DNA of 60,789 bases, the filler included, from Catajapyx aquilonaris (Eukaryota): assembly GCA_000934665.2 (NCBI GenBank). It is 4 parts of 4 records of this genome, joined end to end, with 100 filler letters (N's around TTAATTAATTAA, not from the genome) between each part and the next. Parts side by side here need not be neighbours in the genome. Positions count along the whole stretch, not along the records: positions 45,675 to 60,789 come from JYFJ02007599.1; 3 more parts are not named here. One strand, given 5' to 3'. Position numbers and translations under genes: made by a program. The stretch's first letter is position 1; each line of letters begins with the position of its first letter. Positions 49,601 to 60,789 of the stretch are shown piece by piece. The notes beneath the pieces were generated by a model. The model worked only from the letters and a program-made list of their open reading frames with translations, did not search any database and was not told where the DNA came from.

Positions 49601-52600
49601 CCAACAGACTTGGAAGCAGAGGAATCCATTCACATCTATGCCACAAAGACTTACTTCACAACATACACGTATTTCACGACCTTCTTGGTTGATGATAGGA
49701 TGGTCACCAGTTCCAGAACACAGGTGGCATCAAATATTGTCACGGAGGTTATTACCACTGGCATTGATCCAGAATATCTCAGTTCCCTGAAGAGTTCTTT
49801 CTTAGCCAGTCAGAAGACTGCAACCATAGATGCAACAGAAGAGCCAAACATTTTACTCTCTCTCAGTGACACAAGCAAACCAACAGAATCGCTAGTCACC
49901 CGCTTTGAGCCTGATGGCTCCTTTGTGAACTCTACCAGGATACACCTCTCAACAGGTGCTGATGGAAAAGCTACACAAGTTGAAGAAATTATACCCGTGG
50001 CTGCGACTTCTATGTTAACTGAAAATACCCTTCCTTCACCTATGCAACAACCAGAAGCTTTTGATTTCATTTTGTCAGGTGTCAACAGTGTTGTTAGTGC
50101 AGTGTCCAAGAGTAGTTTATCAATTGGTATCCAAGAAAGTGTTACACAGGACCACCAAATGTCAAAGTTGCCCACAACAGAGGGTTCTGAGGATGGTTCT
50201 GTGGTAGTTGGGACCACAGAAACTGTTGTTAAACCTTTCCCCCTTGACACTAGTGTACCTGAGGTGTCAAGCAGCAACTCAGATCCCCTTGATGTCAAAG
50301 ATGGATCTCCACCAGTTGACAAAGGGGACCCACCTCAAGTGTTTTCAGGAACTACAATAATATTTTTCACTGGAGATAAGCTGGTGTCTCTTAAATCTTC
50401 CATTTCTGCATCAGCAACCAAGGAGCCAATCATTGCTACTCTAACATCTGAACAACCTGCAAATTCAGAAGAAAACAATTTTGAGAAACCTGTAGGAGAG
50501 AAGAATGATGGTGGTGGGGACTTTGTGGATTCCACTGAAGCAGCATTTCCAATTTTTAGTAACCAGACTGATGGCGATGGGGTTATCCTATTTCCAGTAA
50601 GGCTTAATCCATCTAGTGCGACTGGAAGACCTATATCAGAAAGACCAGGAGATGGTCCAGCAGCAGTTTTAGGGCCATCAACTCATATCGGAACACCAGT
50701 TGGTGTAGGTGGTGGCATGGGTAGCACCTCATTGAATTTGGGAACTTTATTAAATCTTGGTGCTTTGGGATTGGGTAGCCTAGGTGGACTTGGAGGACTG
50801 AGTAGTACTAGCTCATTGAATTTCAAGCCAGTCCTGAATGCAATGGCAGGATTATTGAAAGGAGGATTTTCCGCTCGAAATGACACTCCTGTCAGAGAAG
50901 CTATGCCTACAGACATTATGGTTCCAGTTGAGGCTCAGGTGACACAGAGAGATCCAGTCTTTATTCCGATTGGTGGTGTTGGTGCCAGCTTGAGTGAACG
51001 AGGTCCACCTCGTCACACATTGCCACCTCAGCATGGATTTATCCCTATTCACTATCCAGGAGAAGCAGAAGAAAGAAGGCGCCCAACCATCTTCACTCAA
51101 GGAAATGCAGGAGTGAGAGTGCCACCACAGCAACAGCAACTTGGATCATCCAACAGGCCTCACCCTGGACCACATGTATTTCATCCTGAGAAATCTAAAC
51201 CAGCTTATCCAGGTCCTCCTCATGTTGTACCTACACAACCACTCCCCATTCCCATTGTTGCTGGACAGCCTCTGACAGACATGCCTGGTCATCCTGTGCC
51301 AATTTACATTGGTCAGCCTTTACTGCCAGATAACTTGAACAACTTGGACATCTTCACAGCACTGGGTTCCACACGTGTATCCGTTTTTGGTGGAGCACAG
51401 ACTGTCTTCTTAGATAATACCCAAAAACATCAACCAGGCAATGTGGAACATATTGCACCAACACAACCAGGATTTGTCCCCACATTCACCTTCAGACCTA
51501 GTCAAGGACAAGTAGATGACAACAACATCCGACCATCACAGCCTACTGTTCTGCATGGAGTAAAGACAGTGTTCATCACACCTAGTAGGCAGCCATCTAT
51601 GCAAAATTTGGATCAAATATCAGGGAGCAGGCAAAACCCTGCCAAAATTCCAGTCTTTGTTGCTTCACCAAGCAATCCCAGGCCTGTGATTTCTAAGCAT
51701 GAGCCGCTAACTATCATAGAGCCACCAAAGGTTTTCACAGGATTCTTTCGCCCAGTGCAGTCTGGACTACAAGAAGGAAACCGGCCAGCAGCTGTAGCTA
51801 CACCTTCTCAAGTTCATGGAAAACCAGTGCAGCCCAACCCTGGACCTTCCAGGCAACCAAACAGACCTCATCATGGTATTGTGCCCCGAAATGAAACAGG
51901 AACTCATAATAAGCAGCCCAACCAAGTTACTGGCCATACAAGGCCACCTCCAAGAGGTTCCCACCCAGTCATCATAACATTGGATTCAAACTTGACAATT
52001 GGAGCAGATTTGGCTAGCAAGCTGACATTTGCCAGCAAACATGAAGTTCTACCAAGCAAGGGAGTTTTGGATAGTCCTCATCCAGGCTCCAGTAATGTAT
52101 CACCACAATTAAGTGAAAGTAATAAGAACCAAGGTGAAGACAGGCACAGAGGGAAACCAAGACCAACACCAAATGTACCTCAAGGGAGTGAGACCACCAA
52201 CCGTGTTGCAGTGCAACGCTTTCCATTCATCCCAAATCCTCAGAATCCTCTTACTCCCAAACAAACCATAGCTTCAATAGAAGGAGACAATACCATTGTC
52301 GGTACTAACATTGTCCTTGGTGGTAATGACAGAACTTACCTTGTACAACATCCTATCGTAGATGATGAAGATGAATCTGTGCCTTATTATGAATCTGAAT
52401 CAGAATCAGAATCTGGATCAGAATCAGAGGAAAGTTTGGTGGTCAGTTCCATCATCCCAATAGAACCTCCACGAACTTCTTCAACTCCTGGTCTAGATGA
52501 CAGAAGTGTAAATTCTCAAACTGAAGAATCACATACAAAGCTAAAAGGGGACAGTGTAATTACTTCTCTTACTGGCACTACAACTATATTTGGTGACCTC

Positions 52601-54901
52601 TTCACTCATCCTGAACCCAGCGTAGAGCCCCGTGAAAATATTGTCATAACCAGGATTATCAAGGGAAGTGACCAAACATCAACCAAGTATGTAACTCAGA
52701 CAGAAACTAGCACAAGGACAGTCACGGCCACAGAAACCAATGTTGTTTTTAGTGAAGGTAAACCTGTCACTCAGACTGTGCTCTTGACCACAACACTGCC
52801 ACCAGAAACTATAATCACCACAATTGTGGGTACCACTACAGTGGTCAACACAGTACAAGTGATCCCAACAGGAGTGGTCACAATTGGAGTTGACAAACCT
52901 GATCAAGAACCAAAGGGTGTGGTTTATCCTCCAGGATCTCCATTCAATCCTGCCAATTTTCCTTCATTTCCCATTACTTCTACAAGCAGCAAGCCTCCAC
53001 AGGTAGAGATTGAAAGGGCCGAATATGAGTATGGTGAAGACTCTCATGATGACAGCATCAATGATGGTGTACTTTTGGAAAATGAGGTTAATCGGGTGAT
53101 TGAAAGCAAAGCACCAGACCCACAGCTGACTGTTGACCAACCAAAAGTAGTTGGAAAGTGTCAATGCAGCAGTGAGAAAAATGAAGTCTGCAGACAACTG
53201 AAGGGCTCTTTCAAATGCCACTGCCGCATAGGCTTCGCCAGACTTTCTGAGGATCAACCCTGTGAACGTAAGTTGCATTGTAAAACCTGTACTTCGCAAT
53301 ATGATCTTTAAACATTGACTTTTTTTGCAGCTACCTACTCATATGAGCTTCAGCTCTTACTTGAACGGCTCAAAGATCAAAGTCTAAATTATGATGAAGA
53401 CCTCGCACGGGAAGCTTCTGAGAGGCACCAGCACTTAATTTTGTTGGTGCGAGAAGGATTAGACAAAGCAATGATGAAGACTGAGCTGAAGGAAAGCTAT
53501 CATGGTGCAGATGTGATGGGGTTCCGACACCCATCTAGTCCTGTTGATACTAGGATAGCTGTAGCTGTACCTGGGAAGAATGAGCAAGGCGGTCTTTTAG
53601 TTAACTTGAGAGTGCAGGTAGCTACCTATGCCTTCTTTATTGATGCTGTTTCAGTGCAGTGGTTTAGTGCTGATGAACTATTTCACACTCACATCTATAT
53701 AATACTTCTTTTTCTAGTTTGGAATCAACACAACCGAAAGTGTTTTAAAAGAGAAACTGCTAGAATCAGTTCGAAGCACCAATTATAGCCTTGGTGGCAC
53801 AGATGTGTATGCTGCCAAGGAGGTTACATCATATGAGGCCAAAGGTGCTTGTGAATTTTTCTGTCCTTGTATGCTTTATTAACCAAAATTTTCCACATTT
53901 TTAGATTTCGATGAATGTGCAAATCCAGAATATCATGACTGCTCTGATCATGCTGTGTGCATTAATCTGAAGGGAACATACACATGTCAATGTAAAGATG
54001 ATTATGCAGATATTTCTCAAGACTTGCTGCCAGGCCGAGTTTGCATAGGTATGATTATTATCTCTTACACTCCTTAGGTACCTAGCAGTAAAAATCATGA
54101 TACTGGCTACAAGAGTCTGGTAGTAAACATATAACATGGGTATTGACGACAAAGGTGCTGTTGGGCATGCTTAGTGACAGCCCTATTCATTCCTGCCTAT
54201 CGCATGCGAAACTACCCTCTCCCTGTTCTAACTGTCTTAATCCCATCACTCTCACCCTGGGATAGGAGGGTTTAAACCTTTTCCGTGTCTCTGGATGGAA
54301 CTTTTTTTTTAGACTGACCTATTCCCATAGGAATAAAAGTTAGACCCTGCTTTTCCATGCTCAAATGTTTCTGAATATGGCACATAGTACCACCCCCAAA
54401 CTGATCAATACCATGCAGGATTTCCAAATTTGAATAGCATGGTAGTACAGTACTATCGGACGCAAAAAGAATGTCCGGGGAGAGTCTTCGTTCAGCCTGG
54501 TGGAGGCAAACCATTGCACAGATGTGTACACACACACTTGTGTGTACGTCCGTGCTTATCTGCTGAGCTTTTTCCCTCCTCCCTTAGCTACCCAGGTGCA
54601 ATGGTTTGCCTCCACCAGGCTGAACGAAGACTCTCCCCGGACATTCTTTTTGCGTGCCTATGTACACTGGCCCCTACATATTGATGCTTTTTTTAGTACA
54701 TGGTACTAGCATGGTACTAGTAATTACTGGCCAGTTCCAAGTGCCATAGAGTGGAGTATAGTGGAAAGTATATAGTAGTATGGAAATAGAGTAAGTTAAT
54801 TAGTATTTCATCAAAATCCATCACAGCACAGGCAATGATTAATGACAGCCAATTAAAAGATGATCCACTAAGAGGCCCAAGGAGGCCTATCATGGGGTAT
54901 C

Positions 54902-54968
<67 letters not shown>

Positions 54969-57900
54969 TCATTAGGCTTCAGAGATGTTGGATTATTTGA
55001 CAATAACAGACAATATTTTTCACAATTAACTGAAGATTCATTTGTCTTTACTGGTCATGCATTCCTCTATATACTCTATGAAAAGCTCCTAATTCTCCAG
55101 CATGCCAAGTTTTAACCCTGGCCTACACCTCAACAGAGAGGATGAGCCTTACTGTTCACACAGGAAGTGCACTTTCCTTAGGGAGTTTGGATTTTTAAAG
55201 AAATATGGCCCTTTTTGAGCAAATCAGAGGCTCGTATTACCATGCTCTGGTTGGAAATACACACTTATTATGACATCGGTAGCCCAAGATTAAAGTGCTA
55301 CACCTGTGCCATCATTATAGCATTTAGTTTGCCAGGAGTCCTGCAAATCAGGTAGCAAACAGGCTCGCTGGCAGGAATTTAACACCTGCTAGCTCTTCAT
55401 GCTGGAAACTAGCAAGTGGAGGCAGGAAACATCATATGCCATCATTTATGCCAGACTTTCTGGCAAGATGCTGGGGATATTGATGGTGTGTGTACCATTA
55501 AGGGTGTAACTAAGATAAGGAAATATTTGAAGTTAACTGCTGAACATTAGTGATCAAACGGGTGATGCTATAATAATGAATTTAATCTTGCAGGTGAATC
55601 AACAGGGTGTAAGGAATGCAACTATCATGGAAACTGCTTTACAGATGGCCTAGGAAAGACTGTTTGTGATTGCTTCCAGTGGTATGGTGGTGCCAACTGT
55701 CAGATTAATCTGAAAGGTATGCATCCTACTGTAGAATTACCATGACATAATGTATAATTATGGTAAACAAAGGCTGGATGTGTAAATGGTTTGTGTCAGC
55801 CTAACCTGACAGAGCTTGATCACCCCTTCTGCCTAAGCCACTCCCCCAGAAATCACAAGGAGAGTATTTGTCTGTTTGTCACAAAAGTGGATGCAAGCTG
55901 ATATCACAAAATCAACAATATGGCGTAGTAGTCCAGCCTGAATATTTCAAGCTGGACATTGAACTACTTAGAATATTTCTTGTGACTAATCAATGGCCAC
56001 TTTGGTGGTCGGACCTCACTGGATCTGCGTTGTTGCTGACCACATTTTATTTATTTATTTATTTTGTGTGTTTATTTATTTTGTTTATTCATATTTTTAT
56101 GTGTATGATCGAATTTAATTTAATTTTCTTCATTTTATTTTTGTGTTTTATGATGTAATTTAATTTTCTTCATTTAGTAATTTATTTTGAGTGAATTGGC
56201 AAGAGGTGTCATAATTATAGTGACAGATGTTATCAAAATATTTGTTCAATTAACTTATTAACTTTTGAGCATATTTTGAGAGATTAGCTTCTACATAATA
56301 TAGTTACTGGGACAACAATTTTTTACACTACAATAGTAATTATATGCAAGTGAAATGTTACAGTGGTATTGTTATTTTGACACAGCACTACTGATTGCAT
56401 TGGTCATTGTGGGAGTCATCCTCCTGATTCTCCTGGTTTCTTGTGTTGCTCTTTGTTGCTGCCGAGCTCGGAAGACCCATAAAGGAGGAGGTCAGTGAAC
56501 ACTTTTGCAAATAATTATCTTGAGATTAGAGTGAGAGTTAATATGACATTTTTTGGGTATTTCAGGCTCAAGTTTTCTGCCATATAAACGCTCAAGTCAG
56601 TTCCATGGTACTCTGGATCGAGCTGCTATGCTTCCTGATGCTAGCAGTGAAAGCAGTCTAGATCACAGCATGAACCATGGCCCCGAATCACTTGGGGTAA
56701 GATTCATAATTCATAGTAATTTTTATGTCAACATACAACAATAATATTAGCAGATTTTGTATGATAACTTGTGTAACTTTTATCTTGTACAGTAGGTTGC
56801 ACAGTGCACCTTGCATTATAATATGCAGTATATGCCAAACAAAATACTATTGAGCAATATATTTTACAAAATTTGCCTCCATTCCACAGGGTAGCACTAA
56901 GCCTGATTTGAGTTTGGGTGCACGCTCAAGCTTCATGGATCAGGATAGGTCACTAACAGTGATGATTCCTCGAGCCAAGTATCGTCATGGTCAACTCCAT
57001 TCCCACACTCCTCACAGTCCTAGTCGAAATAGGAGTAGGAGTGAGGGCAGGAGCACAAGTGCAGGCGGTGGCAGTGGAATGGGAGTTGTGGCTGATCCAC
57101 AGATGAGTGACCTGTCAAAACAAGAACATCAGTTGTTGCACTATTTAGAGGAGGGGCCAGTTCAGGTGCATTCTCCAAGTCAATTTACGCCTTCCAAGCA
57201 CACTTCGATTGAGAAAACATCAACAGACATGTCTTCAAGGAGAACATCTAATGAAAGGAGACCTTCTAATGGTATGGATGTGAAAGCAATTATTCTTTGT
57301 TTGAATGTCTTAACATTTGTTTTATAACAGGAGCACTGGTGGCTTCTGGCCTACAAGTTTCTGGCCATGGTGGAGGTAGGAGTCAACCAAGTGCAAAGGC
57401 TACAACTGCTGGTCTTTCTCAAGCTTCAATTCGAGGTGCTGATAGGTATGTTTTTGAGAGGTTGTTTCATGTTTAGATATTATGGGTTATGCATACATGC
57501 TTAGGGAAATGGAGTGAATGAATGAATGCATTAGTATGTTTCATATGCAAGAAAATGATTCTTTCCTAGCAGAATAGCCTAAATACATTACATTCTATCA
57601 ATTTTTAATTTGCATCCTTTTTAGTTGTCTTAATTTATGTCCAGTGAAAGAACTATGTGCTATATTTAGTGAAAGCATCTTGATGTTCAGTTTTATCACC
57701 TTGTAGTATCTGTCCATTCAGCATTAAAGCACTAGGCATGAGATAAACAAGAGCAAATCATGCACAGAATGGAATGGTAAAGAATGTGTGGAATAATTCT
57801 AGTGTTCATTTGCATGTTTCCAGGTCTCAAAAAGCTAATTGTCTATTCACTCTTACTTCTCTTTCTTTTCCCCCACGATGAATAAATGCAATATGTGAAT

Positions 57901-59565
57901 GCTGACATGGAAGAACGTTGCAAGTGTCATTTTGGCTGTTTTGAGTTGTCACTGTAGAAACGTAGCAAATGACCAGCTGGTTCGAACGGTATAATCCACC
58001 CAACGCTATCCATTCATTTAGCTGAGAAAAAGCCGGACATTCCAGCAAGAGCGCATTCACTTTGCATGGGATCCACGGCAGAAAAACACGTCTCCTGAAA
58101 AGTTGCCAAAAATCATTTGCAACGTTCTTCCATGCCAGCATTCATGTAATGTGAGAGATTAAAATTAATTACCATGCATGACCGCACACACCCACACCCA
58201 CCCAGAGTTCTGTATTCAGTGATGTAGATAAAAAATAGCTCACTTTTCTCCTGGACTGCTGTAGGGCCCTTGCTCAATGTATCAATGTTAATTACTCATG
58301 ATCTAGTGGTCAGTATGATGTGTGTCAGATCTGGAAACATGCAGCCGTCTCATATGAAGTGACAGTGGCAAGCTCTCCCTCCCTTCATCTGCCTTTATTT
58401 TTCCCAATGTATAAATCTTTCTTTTCCATTTCAGTATCTCAGTGACTGTGTCTTGCATAAAATATTTTATGAATGGCACAATTGCAATATAATACCTTAC
58501 TTATTGAAAAGTAACAGCAATATCTGTTGGTCATTCCCACCCCACCAGACCATGGTAAATTAACTATGAATGACTACATTCTCAGATCACTAATGTACCC
58601 TGCAAATTTTTGGCAACCCGTAATGTGGCCCAAGGTCATTTGGAAGCATTTGGAACACATATTTTTGATTTAGTACCTCTTGATCTTCCATATAGTCAGA
58701 AGGTTTGAAACAAAAGTATAACTCACAAAATCTTCTCAGTGCCTTCTCAGTCTGAAAGGTAGCACACTGTAATGTTGGTGGTATACAGGCCTAACATAGA
58801 TTGCATACTTAAAAGCCATTTTTATTTCATGAATGACTCATACAATATCTTTTTTCAGTACTGCTAAAGATCAGACCACACCTGATAATGACACGAGTCA
58901 TGCCAAGGAAATGTAAGCAAGCATTATCTGCTCATGTGTTGATGATTATATCACAATGGTGGCCTGGCCACTGCCTCCCCAAAATATTAAGAAATCTACT
59001 GTAGAACATGGGAGTAAAAACCTGCATACAATTTATTCTTCTTCTTTTTACTTGACACTCTCTTCTTGTTATTCTGTTCTATTTTCTGGAGCTAGATTTT
59101 TTCTTGTGGAGTAGCATACTGTTCCAGTATAACTTGAGTTGTTTTGTGCTTATTTGTGTCAAATTTATATGCTCTTTGTCACATAGAACTGTATCAGAAG
59201 TCAGATCCTATGATGAAACCACTGTGCGGCATCCCACTAGGGCCTTTACCTCCGGTGCCAGTTACTATGGCTCCAAGGTGGCCTCCCAGTATTTACAGAG
59301 TGATGTAAGTGATCTTTGGCTGGATGTTGAAGATTCATAATAATTAATATCTTCCATTGCTTTTAATTTGTTTAGGAAGCCCACACAATGGCCGAGAGAG
59401 ACTTGGGCTCCACATTTGTGATGCCAAAAGCACAGCTTTACAAGCGAAGTGCAGTAAGTAGGCTACACAGTGGACTTGATGGCATGTGTATGGAACAATA
59501 TATTTCAACTCAAAAATGTTTACTTTCAGGACAGTGATGCAAACTCCAACTTTGAATCTTTCTAA
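46699..59565 (+). CDS. pwn: Pawn-like type I membrane protein (TYFTTYTY/DUF4758-like repeats, mucin-like stalk, EGF, SEA, cbEGF, EGF, TM, cytoplasmic tail); 5'-partial, at least 2129 aa
   Basis: Phase-consistent exons 46699-46827, 48641-48789, 48854-53267, 53331-53617, 53718-53844, 53905-54048 (DFDECANPEYHDC, cbEGF), 55594-55716 (EGF), 56386-56490 (TM ALLIALVIVGVILLILLVSCVALCCC), 56566-56696, 56890-57271, 57331-57445, 58859-58912, 59187-59304, 59376-59453, 59530-59565 (...SNFESF*). The symbol comes from recalled domain architecture and is less certain than the gene model. Confidence 0.8.
47563..48333. mobile_element. piggyBac-type foldback MITE
   Basis: TTAA|CCCTTT...AAAGGGG|TTAA with TTAA TSD. 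Arms are imperfectly mirrored over most of the 770 bp (e.g. CCAGCCACTTAGAATCTAGG / CCTAGATTCTAGGTGGCTGG). Confidence 0.85.
54460..54655. repeat. Perfect 60-bp inverted repeat with 76-nt spacer (intronic)
   Basis: 54460-54519 is the exact reverse complement of 54596-54655. Confidence 0.9.
54903..54967. repeat. (ATT)n microsatellite
   Basis: Trinucleotide run. Confidence 0.95.
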
Positions 59566-60789
59566 TATACAATGATGTACATCATGTTCACCTTGGGGGT
59601 TTTTACCTGGCTAAGTGATGGCAGGAAGATAAGGCTAAGTGATGGCAGAAGAAGGCCAAAATTTGTCAAAAACTTTCAACAACACTAAGTGTGAACTCAA
59701 CCGCATGCAGGCCCTACTTGTTGAGATGGGTTTCACACAGGTGTGTGCAATCTGACATGCTCAGGAAATGCTCAAGTGTCCAAGAGTCATACCATATTCA
59801 CTTGTAGCCACCTTTTAGCCCAATATAATTTGAACTTTGCTCCCAACACTCTATAGTTATATGTATGTTTGTGTGTGGACATATTTGTGCATGTGGGTGT
59901 GTATGTGTCAGATGAATGTGGAGTGCAACTGTCATTTCCTTCAGGAGCAAAGATTCTGATGTGGTTGAAATGTAGTTGTCAGAAAATAATTGCCTTGGCT
60001 AGAAGCATGCCATACATGCATTCTACAACCCCAACAAGAATGTGCAACATAGTAGCTCCAACTGCTGGTGTGCCCAAGAGTGGATATATCAAGCATGTAC
60101 TGTACATAATCAACAGCAGTATACTGCTGGTATATAGCAACATACTTTTCTGTCAATAATAAGCTGTACGTGCCAAAGGCAGTAATGCTACCATTTTTTC
60201 ATGGTATGTTAAGCATGTCATGTGATGATTATTGCATGACTGAAGATTATTTTGTATTGTACAGGTGGGTGAAGAACAAAACTTGTGCAAATTCTTGCAG
60301 CTAATGCTGTCTGTAAATGCCAAGAACAAATACTAATCTTGGTTAACATAACATGACTGTCAAATTTCCCCACAGAAGAGTGCTACATGTATTTCTTGGG
60401 GATTGATGACTGCAAGTTGAAATATATTTTACATTGTATAGTACTTAGAGACTTCTTGTTGTATTGTACCCATAATTTTTTTTTACAGAGAACTACAGGG
60501 TGTCTCAGAGTCACGGGTTAAGCGCGCGAGGGGGTGAGGAAAAATCGTAGGTGGCGACTACCTGGGTCGGTTTTATAAAACAATTAGAAATACGGCAGTA
60601 ACCAATTTATTTATTACGGCCGTATGGCGTGACGTCACATCCTACTTTCTGTTCGAAGTGACTGGCGCGGAGTGGCAAATGCAAGGCAAATGCATTGGGT
60701 GGAACCTGGTTGACGGGTTTTTAGCCTTGCGGGTTGCACTGAAAAAGGCGCTCTCATGCTACACCGGCAGGGTACTGTACAAAGTAGTG

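Overview
This is animal nuclear DNA, most likely from an arthropod (inferred from a pawn/DUF4758-type gene and the TE repertoire). It is not one locus. Three identical 100-nt linkers (44 N + TTAATTAATTAA + 44 N) join four ~15.1-kb contigs: 1-15121, 15222-30351, 30452-45574 and 45675-60789. Contig 1 is TE-rich (Gypsy protease relic, three tRNA-SINE families, hAT/Sola/mariner-type MITEs, a four-layer nested palindromic element) and carries a partly degenerate C2H2 zinc-finger exon. Contig 2 is a tandem array of three C2H2 zinc-finger paralogues (one complete 5-exon model) that share an N-terminal coiled-coil module I do not recognise, interleaved with Tc1, mariner, Helitron and MITE insertions. 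Contig 3 has a compact, CpG-rich gene island: 3' exons of mago nashi, a secreted D8C-VWD-EGF-Kunitz protein, a divergently transcribed small His-rich secreted protein and mitochondrial ProRS (PARS2). A dead RTE-type LINE follows it. Contig 4 holds most of a >2100-aa pawn-like membrane protein (TYFTT repeats, EGF, SEA, cbEGF, EGF, TM). The best novelty candidates are the zinc-finger family with its unrecognised N-terminal domain and the VWD-Kunitz/His-rich gene pair. Exon models were read by eye from GT-AG sites and reading-frame phase, and family names come from motif recognition; no database searches were run.
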